Source: a virus | Reading direction: 5' to 3' (one strand) | Virus record (IMG/VR): IMGVR_UViG_3300010885_044958 | Coordinates: 32,001 to 96,000 of that record | DNA: 64,000 nucleotides | Program-made: the position numbers and the translations under genes | Notes under the pieces: generated by a model | The model's database searches: none | What the model was told of the DNA's origin: nothing | The model's input: only the letters and a program-made list of their open reading frames with translations | In this document: positions 32,119 through 42,481 of the stretch, in pieces | Position numbering within the stretch: position 1 is the stretch's first letter | Layout: each line of letters starts with the position of its first letter

Positions 32119-34062
32119 CTAGAATAAAGAAAGCTGCATTTGTGGTGCTTGCATTTCCTGAATAATTTTTCTAGTAGACGCAATATAGTGTGAATAATCT
32201 ATATCATACTCTGCCCAAGATTTTTCTTCGTAATTATTAAATAGTAATACTGGATTTCCTACATTAATATGTTCAAATGTTGCATTTGTCTTATATTTTT
32301 TTGCAGTACTTTTTTTCTTTTTTAATAAATATGCAGCAGGTCTTGAGAAATAGTACCTATTAAGATTTTGCACAATCTGATTGTCATAATATACTGAATA
32401 ATCTTTACTTATTTTCTTAGAACAAGTATAATGATATATTCCCAGATCAAATCTATCTGGATTAGAAATTGTTTCTTCTATTGGAATGCCTTTTGTAAAA
32501 AAATTATTTAGAGCCTGCGCAATTACATTTTCATTAACAGAATCACCAAGAGGTATTTCATCTTTACCTTCTTCATCTTTAAGCAACTTAAACAAACCTT
32601 TTCTTTTAGCTTTATCTTTTTCTGTCAGAGCAATATAATTATTTACATTTTTGTAGTAGATAAATTTATATTTCTCATGTTCAAATTCAAGATTAAATTG
32701 CTTTTCTATTTCCTTAAAAGATTCTTGATATTTATGTACTTCTTTCGTAGGTACAATTGCTTCAATTCCATCTGTATTTACTGAGACTACCTGCCAATTA
32801 TTTAAAATACATAGCTCAACAGCTTTAGTTAGCACTAACTGCCCTATAAGTCTTAAACGTAAGGCTCCTTCTGGATAATAGAGCCAACTATGCCCTTGAT
32901 CTAATAACCCGCTTACACCATTCAGAATTAGCTTAAAAAAGGTATCCTTGGTTTTCTGTCTAGCTTTCTTTGCTATAATTCTTTCATCTTTAATAGAAGT
33001 ATATCTTTGCAAAACTTCTGGAAATCTAATGCATCTGTAATTAATTATAAGATTTGGATATAGCGATGCGACATCCGAAGTCATTATCTTATATTCAGAA
33101 TTACTATCATACATCTCATTTTCATTAACAGAATGTAATCCACCTATTCCATAAGACAATCTTATACTAGTATTGTTTTCTATTACTGGCAATTCTTCAT
33201 AAAATTCATTTACTGAATTCATTATTCTTTCAAATAATTTCTGAAAAACTGGTAATTTAAAATTAGGATTGAAATCACTTAAAATATCTTTTACTAATAT
33301 TGTAGGTTTTTCAAATCTAGTATAACGCATTTCTCTAGCAAACAAATCTGGTGTTAATCCTTGAGATTCATCTTTATCACATTTTTCTTTACAATAATCT
33401 TGTAAAAGAGATTCAGAAGCTATTTTTATTGCATCGTAAGACATGCATTGAATACCCGTTTCTTTCCAAATATTCTTTCTTAAAGTGATTTCGTCTTTTC
33501 TTTTTTCTGCCAGCGCATCTAAAATTCCTAGATCATGTACATTATTATATTCTCTAACTTGTCTTATTTGATCTAAAGTAAGAACTGTAGATGGATTATA
33601 GGGCAACTCCATCACTACAGGATAATTCAATTGAATTCCAAGACCTTTTAAACTAATTTTTTTAGAGATGCGCAACATTTTTGCCCAGAATAAATATAAA
33701 TCTATTGAAATCCAATCTGTTTTAAAATAAACATAAGGTTTCAAACAATCCCTATTTAAATCTGTGTCGATTACTTTGTCAGAAAAACTTTTTATCTTTT
33801 GCAATAAATCATCTTTCTTTAGATTTTTTAGTTTTGTCCAATCTTTTAGAAAATATTTTATCACAACTTCATCGTAATGTATTCCATTAAACGAAATCAA
33901 AAACCCTTTAAATTTACTAAAGAAGTCATAAATCTTTTGTCTATCATCAAATTCTTCTGATATCTCTAAATTTACAACTTCTTTAGTTTTAAAGTCTTTA
34001 AACCCACATATAAAAAGATTTCCAAAAACTTCTAAATCAAATTCTTTTACTTCATTACTCAT
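32119..34062 (-). CDS. polB: family B DNA polymerase
   Basis: ExoI FDLE, ExoII FNGIHYD, ExoIII YNNVHD; motif A DVASLYPN, motif B KLILNGVSG, motif C NTDGI. Confidence 0.92.
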   Translation of the reverse strand: MSNEVKEFDLEVFGNLFICGFKDFKTKEVVNLEISEEFDDRQKIYDFFSKFKGFLISFNGIHYDEVVIKYFLKDWTKLKNLKKDDLLQKIKSFSDKVIDTDLNRDCLKPYVYFKTDWISIDLYLFWAKMLRISKKISLKGLGIQLNYPVVMELPYNPSTVLTLDQIRQVREYNNVHDLGILDALAEKRKDEITLRKNIWKETGIQCMSYDAIKIASESLLQDYCKEKCDKDESQGLTPDLFAREMRYTRFEKPTILVKDILSDFNPNFKLPVFQKLFERIMNSVNEFYEELPVIENNTSIRLSYGIGGLHSVNENEMYDSNSEYKIMTSDVASLYPNLIINYRCIRFPEVLQRYTSIKDERIIAKKARQKTKDTFFKLILNGVSGLLDQGHSWLYYPEGALRLRLIGQLVLTKAVELCILNNWQVVSVNTDGIEAIVPTKEVHKYQESFKEIEKQFNLEFEHEKYKFIYYKNVNNYIALTEKDKAKRKGLFKLLKDEEGKDEIPLGDSVNENVIAQALNNFFTKGIPIEETISNPDRFDLGIYHYTCSKKISKDYSVYYDNQIVQNLNRYYFSRPAAYLLKKKKSTAKKYKTNATFEHINVGNPVLLFNNYEEKSWAEYDIDYSHYIASTRKIIQEMQAPQMQLSLF

Positions 34063-34850
34063 ATATATTTTATATTATATTTATTACTTCTTCCTCGCAA
34101 AACATCGTATAAAGCATGTTTATTAATTTTTAATATTTCTGAAGCTTCAATAACAGAATTATATATATCTACATCATTAAAAATTACTTTTTTTCCTTTA
34201 TTTTCTCGATTTGCTTTTTTCATATTTTCTTTTACTTCATCAGTTATGATTCTATTACTCATTCTTTTTGAAGCATCTTGTTTTTGTTTAATTCCTTTTT
34301 CTGATTTAAAAAAATCTTTTCTACTATCAGACATTTTCTGTTTAGTTTTCTCTGAGTGTTTTCTACCTAATTGTTTTTTTACGCGCAAAGCAATACTTTC
34401 TTCAGATCTTTTTAGCCCCGTTTGTATTTTAGACATAAACTCACGTAACTCTGAATTTTTTTCATATCGTTCTAGTGCTTTTTTTCTAATTTTTTGTCTA
34501 GTTTCTTCTGAACAAATTCTCCCCAATGTATTTCCTGCTATTTTTGCAATATTATATTCAGGCTTTAATAGATCAATATAATATTGCTCTCTTTTTATAC
34601 AATTTTCAGGTACGCATATTTCTAAAATTTCAAATATAAAATTTTCTATTCCGTATTTATTAAAAGCTCTTTGCAATTTAATATTACAATGTTTTTTATT
34701 TTCAAGATCTTTTTTATGATGCATTAATCGCATATAAATAAAATCTTTCGCTGCGCACGACCCAACATATTTTTTATTGTTTACTATATTTATAATACAA
34801 TAAACACCATTAAATTGCAATTCTTTTCTTTTAATTTCTAAAAGTTTCAT
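34059..34850 (-). CDS. GIY-YIG homing endonuclease with NUMOD3 repeats
   Basis: GVYCIIN...KYVGS, REQYYID, PEYN, repeated (H/R/C)SEETxxK; own promoter at 34872-34904. Confidence 0.9.
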   Translation of the reverse strand: MKLLEIKRKELQFNGVYCIINIVNNKKYVGSCAAKDFIYMRLMHHKKDLENKKHCNIKLQRAFNKYGIENFIFEILEICVPENCIKREQYYIDLLKPEYNIAKIAGNTLGRICSEETRQKIRKKALERYEKNSELREFMSKIQTGLKRSEESIALRVKKQLGRKHSEKTKQKMSDSRKDFFKSEKGIKQKQDASKRMSNRIITDEVKENMKKANRENKGKKVIFNDVDIYNSVIEASEILKINKHALYDVLRGRSNKYNIKYI

Positions 34851-34891
34851 ATACTTTATTGTTTGTTACAATAAAATATACGAAACTCTTC

Positions 34892-34957
34892 TCAATTTTC
34901 CAAATACAAATAAATTAGAATAGACAATATATCGAATTCCTTCACCTCATTTGTCAT
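34892..34957 (-). pseudogene. stranded former 5' end of polB
   Basis: Encodes MTNEVKEFDI versus the present PolB start MSNEVKEFDL, then runs to a stop inside the endonuclease promoter. Confidence 0.8.
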
Positions 34958-35473
34958 TCTACACTAATTTTATTTAAGTTATTTATAAATTCCACAAGTA
35001 TGAAATCTTGCTTTTTGTCCTTTAACTGGATAACAAACCAAACAAGCTTTTTCTCTAGCATATCTAAGCACCTTCTCGGCTTTTTCAAGTGCCTTTTCTG
35101 CATTTTTTACCATTTCTCCAGCATTTTGTAAATCTTCTTGTGCTCTAGTCATTTTTTATTTTTTAAAACGCACCTGTTTCTCTAACATTATCATCTGGTG
35201 GATTACCCCAAACAGCCAATATTATTAAAATTATTAATGTTACTGTTATAATTGTTTGCATTTTTTCTAAAAAATTTTATTGTTCTATTCCTTTTAGATC
35301 ATACCACTGTAATATAGCCGCATACAAATCATGGCGAAAATTCGTATCTCTTTTTATAGATACTTTATCAGACATTGTTTCAGCAGTATGTATTGTAATA
35401 TGATTCTTTGTTATGTGTATTGAACAGTTTTTATCTTCTGTTATTTCTGAAATTGCATTTATTAAATTCATCG

Positions 35474-36568
35474 CTATTCTTGATTTTTAAGTAAGAAATT
35501 ATTTGACACAACTTTAAACGAAACATCCCCATCTAAACTTCTTAAAACAATTCCTTCTCTTTCTGTATCTTTGTTCAATAAGGATTTGCCTTCTGCTAAT
35601 TTTAAAAGTTCTGCAAGTGTTGTTATCATAACTGCCGGTAACATTGGGCAAGTTGGTATATGATATTCATTACAAACAGTACGAAATGCGTCTGGATTTA
35701 ATCGTTTTCCTTCTACAAAAATATTAAACAATCTAATTTGATTTTCTACTTTATAGGGATTGCCTTGTGGTTTTCCTATATATTCGCCTTGCACTATTAT
35801 TTTTTTTGTTTGAAAATGCAAAACTAGTAAATCAATATACTGTTTAAAATCTGTTTCTTCAAAGACTTTATACCATTCATTTTGCTTATTAAATAATTCA
35901 AAGTTTCTAGAACAAATTCTGTATATCTTTTTCTTTCCAAACACTAGTCTATTTACTTCATCATAAATAATTGTTATTGAACTGCCATCTAATTTTTCTG
36001 AAGCACAAAATATTTTGCCTTGAAATTTTTCAAAAATCCACGGCATATTTTGAATTCGTTCTTCATCTGTTCTAGATACTAATTCATTTGGAAACGGCCT
36101 TCTATTTACTTGTGTTAAACTAGGAAATACTTTAACTAAGACTTTTTGTTTAAATAACCATAGCCATTTCTTATACCATTTTTTAGGCATTTTTGGCATA
36201 TTATCTGGTAATTCAACTGTTTTAGAATATTTTTGTATTCCTAATAAATCACTAATATCTACACCTTCTTTTATTAAAAACGGCTGATCAGTTATTTTAC
36301 AACAATCTTTAATAGATAAAATTAATCCTTGCGATATTTGTTGACGCAATTTAATAGTTCTTACTCTAAATTTGCGTTCTCGTAAAAATTCAAAATATGG
36401 AATTTCTGGACAAATCGTGTCTATTTGTATGTAACAACATGCGTCACCTACTTTAAATTCTCCTTTTTTTGCTACAATTTGCCAACCCAAGACACCTATT
36501 TTTTCTATTTTATCCGCACCTTCAATAGGTTCTACTGAAATTACTTTTTGTATACTTGCTAAATTCAT
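35474..36568 (-). CDS. ATP-dependent RNA ligase (DRB0094/Rnl5-like, N-terminal OB domain)
   Basis: LASIQKV...PIEGADKIE N-domain; motif I EKLDGSS, GEYIG, EGIVLR, FKVVS. Confidence 0.88.
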   Translation of the reverse strand: MNLASIQKVISVEPIEGADKIEKIGVLGWQIVAKKGEFKVGDACCYIQIDTICPEIPYFEFLRERKFRVRTIKLRQQISQGLILSIKDCCKITDQPFLIKEGVDISDLLGIQKYSKTVELPDNMPKMPKKWYKKWLWLFKQKVLVKVFPSLTQVNRRPFPNELVSRTDEERIQNMPWIFEKFQGKIFCASEKLDGSSITIIYDEVNRLVFGKKKIYRICSRNFELFNKQNEWYKVFEETDFKQYIDLLVLHFQTKKIIVQGEYIGKPQGNPYKVENQIRLFNIFVEGKRLNPDAFRTVCNEYHIPTCPMLPAVMITTLAELLKLAEGKSLLNKDTEREGIVLRSLDGDVSFKVVSNNFLLKNQE

Positions 36569-36837
36569 ATATCTGCAATTTGTGCCTCTTCTGGCTTTTT
36601 TACATATTTATCTATTGAATCAAAACTAACCCAGATAGATTGATCAGCCGATATTGTAAAAACTAATGTTTCATATTCCACAACAGGCGAGATACTTATT
36701 GGTACTGGATCACCTCGTTTTAATATTTCTGATGTACTCTTGTCTAAGACTTTTAGATGATGTAATTGATTTTCTTCATCTAATTCAATTCTTATATCTA
36801 TATTTTGCCCTTTCATAAATTTTTTAAACTGCTGCAA
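36565..36837 (-). CDS. hypothetical protein
   Basis: ORF track; couples the AAA ATPase and RNA ligase genes. Confidence 0.55.
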   Translation of the reverse strand: MQQFKKFMKGQNIDIRIELDEENQLHHLKVLDKSTSEILKRGDPVPISISPVVEYETLVFTISADQSIWVSFDSIDKYVKKPEEAQIADI

Positions 36838-37873
36838 ATCCTATTTTTGCACGCTTTTTTTGTATTTGTACTGCTTCTTCTTCATAATTATAAATATCAG
36901 CAATACTCATTGGTTCAGTAATATTTATTTCTTTTTTTAATTGATCTGCTAATTGTTTTGCACGATCAATTTCTAATTTTTTAAATTCGTAAGCTTTAAT
37001 TAGTCTTCCTTTTCTAGTTAACGCACTATCAATTTTATTAAAATCAGTATTGAACGAGCATATGATCTGTAAATTAATCGCCTGCCCTATTAGGCCGTCA
37101 CTTAAATTTAGCAATGCAGAAACGGCAGAATGACTGCAATCTTCTCTAGACATTAACAATCTTTCTGCATCCTCTATTACTAAAACCGTATTTGGATTAT
37201 CTAAAAGAAGTGTTGTAAATTCTGGGGAATCTAACCCGCCTAAAAATACGGAACTAACAACTAAAAACCTTTTATCAACTGCACCTGCCAAATGTCTTAT
37301 ATAGGAAGTTTTCCCACCTCCTGGCGCACCATAAAACAAATAAACCCCAATTCTATCTGTATTTAGATTTTCTTTAATTTGTTTATCTATTTCATCAAAT
37401 TCTTTATTGTAATTAAGATAGTCTAATTTATTTTCTTTAATTACAATAGATTTTGTTTCTAACCCACTTCTTCCTGAAATTATTAAAGATATTTTAGTTT
37501 CTTTTTCTGATTTAACTAAAAAAGATTCAATAAAATTCTCATACTGTGTTATATTTGTATCATTTTGATAATATAAAACTATCGGGGTTCCGAATTCAAC
37601 TAAAATTTCATTTTTTAAATGAAAAAGATATGTATGTTTTTTATATCTTAATTTGTCTTTTTGTGAAGTTTCAGTATGTGATCTAGAATATGTTTCTACT
37701 ATTTCTTTAGCAAATTTTTCTTTGAACATTAGTTGGCATTTCCCATGATCAATTGCATATATTTTATGATTACTTGGAATAATTCCAAATTTATTCATAT
37801 ACACTCTATTTGCTATAAGATAATTAAATGATTCCGTATCTAAAGCTATTCCATCTAATTTATTAATTTTCAT
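36824..37873 (-). CDS. AAA+ ATPase
   Basis: GAPGGGKT, VIEDAE, LLNLSDG, ALTRKGR. Confidence 0.85.
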   Translation of the reverse strand: MKINKLDGIALDTESFNYLIANRVYMNKFGIIPSNHKIYAIDHGKCQLMFKEKFAKEIVETYSRSHTETSQKDKLRYKKHTYLFHLKNEILVEFGTPIVLYYQNDTNITQYENFIESFLVKSEKETKISLIISGRSGLETKSIVIKENKLDYLNYNKEFDEIDKQIKENLNTDRIGVYLFYGAPGGGKTSYIRHLAGAVDKRFLVVSSVFLGGLDSPEFTTLLLDNPNTVLVIEDAERLLMSREDCSHSAVSALLNLSDGLIGQAINLQIICSFNTDFNKIDSALTRKGRLIKAYEFKKLEIDRAKQLADQLKKEINITEPMSIADIYNYEEEAVQIQKKRAKIGFAAV

Positions 37874-37977
37874 TTGAATTTTTTAAAAATTTTTTAGAAA
37901 AAATGCACCTGCAAATCTTATTAAAAGACCCACAGATGCATTTAAATATTAATTATTCTTTATTGCTTGTTTAACTA

Positions 37978-38286
37978 TTAAAGTTTTATTGTTTTTAGAT
38001 ACATTTCCCAAAACTGTCTGCGCAATTCTTTGTTGAAGCCTGCAATAGCTCTGGTGAATGAAACTTTGCGCGCAATTTTTTTGTCGAACCTGTCGAGGTG
38101 GTGTTTGCGGATTTTAATGCTCACAATCTCTTTATAAGGATTTTCTGTATCTCCTGTTATTTTTGCTATATTGCATGTTGTTTCACAAACAGGTTGTTCC
38201 GAAACTGCCTTAGTCATTTTATTTGTATTAACTGGAGTGCAACCAGAATATTTCCAGTTCACTTTATATATATTTGCGACTTTCAT
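37978..38286 (-). CDS. hypothetical protein
   Basis: ORF track; followed by a terminator-like hairpin at about 37900-37945. Confidence 0.55.
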   Translation of the reverse strand: MKVANIYKVNWKYSGCTPVNTNKMTKAVSEQPVCETTCNIAKITGDTENPYKEIVSIKIRKHHLDRFDKKIARKVSFTRAIAGFNKELRRQFWEMYLKTIKL

Positions 38287-38317
38287 ATACTATTTAGTTT
38301 TTCTCTTATTTGTTAAT

Positions 38318-38605
38318 TTATAATTTCATTAAACACCAAAATTTTATAGATTCAATGATTTCAGGCCATTTATCTAATTCAATCTTAGTTATGGATTCTA
38401 ATGCGTTTTCTTTTTTAAATTCTTCATGTATTTCATATTTAGTCATACCTGTGTGAGCTGCAAACTCTTCAATTACCATAAAATACTGCTTTCTCCATTC
38501 AACTAATGTTTTGCATTTTTCTGGAAAAATTTGCATTAAATAAAAACCATCTTGGCTTGCAATTTCATCTACTATTTTTCCAGACTTGACTTGTATCCGA
38601 AACAT
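38318..38605 (-). CDS. NinB/Orf-like recombination accessory protein
   Basis: YFMVIEEFAAHTGMTKYEIHEEFK resembles the NinB core. Confidence 0.4.
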   Translation of the reverse strand: MFRIQVKSGKIVDEIASQDGFYLMQIFPEKCKTLVEWRKQYFMVIEEFAAHTGMTKYEIHEEFKKENALESITKIELDKWPEIIESIKFWCLMKL

Positions 38606-38953
38606 ATCTATTTCTTATTTATATTTATTACAAAAAGACCTAATAGACTAATTAATGTAACTATTAGGATTGTACTATAAATCATTGCTTCTATGACTTC
38701 CATATATTTGCGTTTTAATTTTCATTTTTATGCGCATCCACTATTAGATATACTATTATTGCTATTACTACTAACCAGATCATATTTTAAGTCTTTTTAT
38801 ATATTTGAAGGTAATGCACTAACATTTGCATAAGGGCCTCAATTGGGATGATGATCAGCCAACTTCTTATATCACTCATTTGCAAATTCCAAAATTTAAA
38901 AATCGCAAGGCAATAAATTAGCAGCACTATTACTAAAATTATTATTGTTTTCA

Positions 38954-39411
38954 TTATTTATTATTTTGCGAAGGCAGGTTTTTATATCTATCCATTGGTT
39001 CTCTATATGGACCTTCTCTGTTAATAGTTTGCCCTATAACTTGCATACTATTTGTTCTATCTTCAAATTTTCTTAATATATGATCTCTATCTCTTTCTAA
39101 TTTCTCTATTCTTTGTTCTAGACCTCTGATATAATCAATTATAGTATAAGAATTATTTCTAGACTCATGTGCATGATGCAGAGATTGTGCTAATCTTTCT
39201 CTTTGTATATCTTCCATATCTATTTCAATTTAGTTTGTGTTCTATTGCTTATCTGAAGATTTTGTATATCTTTTTGCATTTTTTCTATTTTTTGATCTTG
39301 TTGATCTATGTGATCTAATAATTGCATTAAAGGATAGCCCAATTCATCTAGATTTTTAAATCTGTCATATTTAATGACAGCAAAAAACTCCTCTTTTAAT
39401 TTTTTATCCAT
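38954..39411 (-). CDS. two small coiled-coil proteins (38954-39217, 39220-39411)
   Basis: ORF track. Confidence 0.5.
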
Positions 39412-39590
39412 TTAAAATCTTTTTTAATAGTTTTCTAACTTCTTTATCTAAGTTAGCATATTTTATTACATATACTAGTTTTTCTTTTATTTTATTGGTC
39501 ATTTTGAGTCTTTTTTAAATTTATCAGAAAATGCAACCTATGCAAAAAACCATATAAAAATTATTCCTAATACTATAATACCAAATATTT

Positions 39591-40076
39591 TCATGATTCT
39601 TTGTCTGATTTAATTCGGCTAATAAGCCAGCCATTTTTATAAGATTCTTTAGGATGTTCGTGAATATACTTATGATGAAAATCACAGCATGACATAAAAT
39701 GCTTGTATAAATTACCAGATTGGCGACCTTTTTTATGGTGTAACTGTATCTCTTTAGATGTGCATCCAGGAAATTCACATACAGGGTGTTCTAAAAAATA
39801 TTTGTCTCGGCATTTTTGGTACATCTTTTGCCTAACAATCATTTTTTCAGATCTTTTGGATATTGCTTTTTGAGTCTTTTTTAAAGGTGTCTTTTTAATA
39901 GGCTTTACAGGGGCTGTTTTTGCTTTGGGTTTATTGCAGTCTTTATTAGACTGTTTGTTAGTTATCTTAAATGATTCTGGATTGGCTTTTTTATGACATT
40001 CTAAACAATTGCCGCCTTTCCATAATTTTTTTTCTATTCCGCAAGATTTGCATTTTTTAAGTTTCAAATTCATCAT
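39591..40076 (-). CDS. zinc-finger plus HNH-like nuclease domain protein
   Basis: CEFPGC...HHKKGR...CDFHHKYIH. Confidence 0.6.
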   Translation of the reverse strand: MMNLKLKKCKSCGIEKKLWKGGNCLECHKKANPESFKITNKQSNKDCNKPKAKTAPVKPIKKTPLKKTQKAISKRSEKMIVRQKMYQKCRDKYFLEHPVCEFPGCTSKEIQLHHKKGRQSGNLYKHFMSCCDFHHKYIHEHPKESYKNGWLISRIKSDKES

Positions 40077-40273
40077 GCAAAATTAATCTATTTTTTAGAC
40101 TAAAATGCATTTTTGTTTTTATAAATTATTGTCCTGTGATATAAATAGCGAAGAACACCGCAGTTTTATTAGATTGTCTCCATTCTTTTATAGCTTCTAT
40201 TTCGTCTGTTGCTTCTAGAGAAAAGCCTTTGCTCCAAAAATCATCAACATGATCTTTAAATACAATATGATAT

Positions 40274-41077
40274 TTATTCATTTTTATTTAATTTTTGTTC
40301 ATAATATTGTAAATCGGTTTTATTTCTATTTGGATGTTGCAACCAACTATATAATACTTTTACTTTTATATCTATACTATTTGCAGCATCTATTATTTTA
40401 TCAAAAATCTCTCCTGTTTTTATATTAATTATCTTTCTACAATGCATTGGTGTGTATTGTTTATTTACAATATCACTCCAATTAAATTCTGAATTTTCTA
40501 AATATTTATCATAAAAAACATAATTTGATTTATTTGGCATTACACCACGCAACCATTCATCTAATCTCCATTTTTCAATATTGATTGCATCAGCAGCTTC
40601 TGTAATTGTATCATATATAATTTTAGTATTTATATCAATAACTTTTCTACCTGAATTTTTTATTCTTAATATTTTTCTTTTTTGTTGTTCTTCATCTAAA
40701 ACATGCTTACTACCTGTTCTTTTATTATGCATTCTTATTTTTGTTTCATCAGAATGACGCCCTTTTTTATTAGGATCTGTGATTTCAATATTATAACCAA
40801 ATTCTCTATCATTTAATTTTAATATTCTAACCCAGTAATCTTCCCAAAAATTCAATTCTTCTTTTGAACACTCTTGGAGTATTTCAATTATAAAATTTTC
40901 TTCTTTAAAAATATTCCAAGCAGCTTGTAAATGTGGATTATCATGTTTATTTCTACGTAATTTTGACAAATGTTGACTCTGTCTATTCCGAATATTTTGT
41001 GAATACCCTACATATCTTTTTTGATTTATTACATTTATAATTGCATAAATCCCACATTTACTTTCTACACTATTCAT
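40274..41077 (-). CDS. GIY-YIG homing endonuclease with NUMOD3/NUMOD1-like repeats
   Basis: GIYAIIN...RYVGYS, HDNPHLQ, GYN, HSDETK. Start moved to 41077, after the promoter at 41182-41214 and its leader. Confidence 0.88.
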   Translation of the reverse strand: MNSVESKCGIYAIINVINQKRYVGYSQNIRNRQSQHLSKLRRNKHDNPHLQAAWNIFKEENFIIEILQECSKEELNFWEDYWVRILKLNDREFGYNIEITDPNKKGRHSDETKIRMHNKRTGSKHVLDEEQQKRKILRIKNSGRKVIDINTKIIYDTITEAADAINIEKWRLDEWLRGVMPNKSNYVFYDKYLENSEFNWSDIVNKQYTPMHCRKIINIKTGEIFDKIIDAANSIDIKVKVLYSWLQHPNRNKTDLQYYEQKLNKNE

Positions 41078-41221
41078 AAAATATAAAAACCCTCGAATTA
41101 GGTGCAGCCTCTCATTGGGTAATGAAAGTCCTAAAACGAGGGAATAATTAGATATTAGTAATCCCAAAGAGAAGCTGCTAATAAAATATAAGCAATTTTT
41201 CTGAGACTACCAAATCTAGTT

Positions 41222-42481
41222 TCATATCTTTATTTTATGTTTTTTAAAAAACTTTTTTGTTTCTGCATATATAGATATTAAATCATCTTTTTGATAAGAT
41301 TTAATTGATTCTACTATTGCATCTTTTTCTGAATCTTTTATTAATTCTAGTCTTTCTAGAAGCTGTTTGCGATTTGCGACTAAGCTAATTTTCTTTGAGT
41401 CATTCTTATAGGAAATCTGTAATCTTGACTTAATAGCTTCTAATCTTTGTTCAGCTTTCTTAATTTCTACTAATTGCGCCTCGATTTTTTCAAAATTTTC
41501 TTCAATATTTGCAACTAACCTTTTTAATTCTTCAAGACCTACTACATTTTTCTTAGCTTCTTCAAAATAGTCTTCACAATTTTTCTTAGATGCCTCGGTA
41601 AATAATAAATTATGCTCTCTATTTATTAGAATTGCAGTTCTAGCTTTTATTTCATCTATTAAACCAAATTTTAAAAATGGTCTGCATTTATTTTCTAATT
41701 CTGTAATCTTTTTTAGAATATCTAATTTTTCTCGTAGATCTGCGCCTTCTTTTAAATAATTTATTACTATTTGTTTTGCTTGTTTTTCTGTATGAATTTG
41801 ACAACTGCTCTCTCCAAAAAATAATTTTTTTAAACGCGCAGTAAAATCATTTTTAGATTTACCCGATTTTATTTCATATTTTACAGTTAAATATAATTCA
41901 TTATCTATTATCTTTTTAAACTTTGAATAATATTTTGAATATACATCTTCTGCAGACATTGCTTCTATTTCTTCAAGAGTCGGCAATTTAACTGGTTCTT
42001 TTTCTACTTTAGCTTTTGGCATTGCTTTCTTTTCTGGCATATTATCTGTTACTAATTCTAAATTTGCACGTCTAAAAACATATCTTGTATTACCAACTTC
42101 TGGATTATTTATGGAATACCAATCATCTCCGCCAGAATTTCCTAATACAGTAAAATTTCTATTCCAATTGCCAAATAATTCTCGATGTAAAACATCTCTA
42201 ACTACACTAATATTTTGCAATTCATCTTCGTCATCAATAATTCTTACGAGCTGTCCTGGAATTAATGCGCCTCTACTAACTAATTCTAAACAATCTTCTG
42301 TAAACCAATGAAATGATAGATCAGGATTGTCTAAATATATTCTATGATTATCAATGCGACTTATTCTAAATTGTGCATCAAAACTTCCTATTCGTGTTAA
42401 TACATCCCCTCGATTTAATCCAATATTAATAAACGCTCTTTCATTATCAGGTACCCTTACTACGTCATTTACATTTAACAT
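41222..42481 (-). CDS. protein with two N-terminal SH3/KOW-like repeats and a long coiled coil
   Basis: Two repeats ending WFTEDCLELV and VFRRANLELV; heptad-rich C-terminus. Confidence 0.6.
   Translation of the reverse strand: MLNVNDVVRVPDNERAFINIGLNRGDVLTRIGSFDAQFRISRIDNHRIYLDNPDLSFHWFTEDCLELVSRGALIPGQLVRIIDDEDELQNISVVRDVLHRELFGNWNRNFTVLGNSGGDDWYSINNPEVGNTRYVFRRANLELVTDNMPEKKAMPKAKVEKEPVKLPTLEEIEAMSAEDVYSKYYSKFKKIIDNELYLTVKYEIKSGKSKNDFTARLKKLFFGESSCQIHTEKQAKQIVINYLKEGADLREKLDILKKITELENKCRPFLKFGLIDEIKARTAILINREHNLLFTEASKKNCEDYFEEAKKNVVGLEELKRLVANIEENFEKIEAQLVEIKKAEQRLEAIKSRLQISYKNDSKKISLVANRKQLLERLELIKDSEKDAIVESIKSYQKDDLISIYAETKKFFKKHKIKI

Noticed and set aside
34059-34957. Group I intron in polB
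   Set aside because: Splicing would not explain the duplicated N-terminal peptide. The endonuclease stop overlaps a complete polB start, and there is no room for an intron core.
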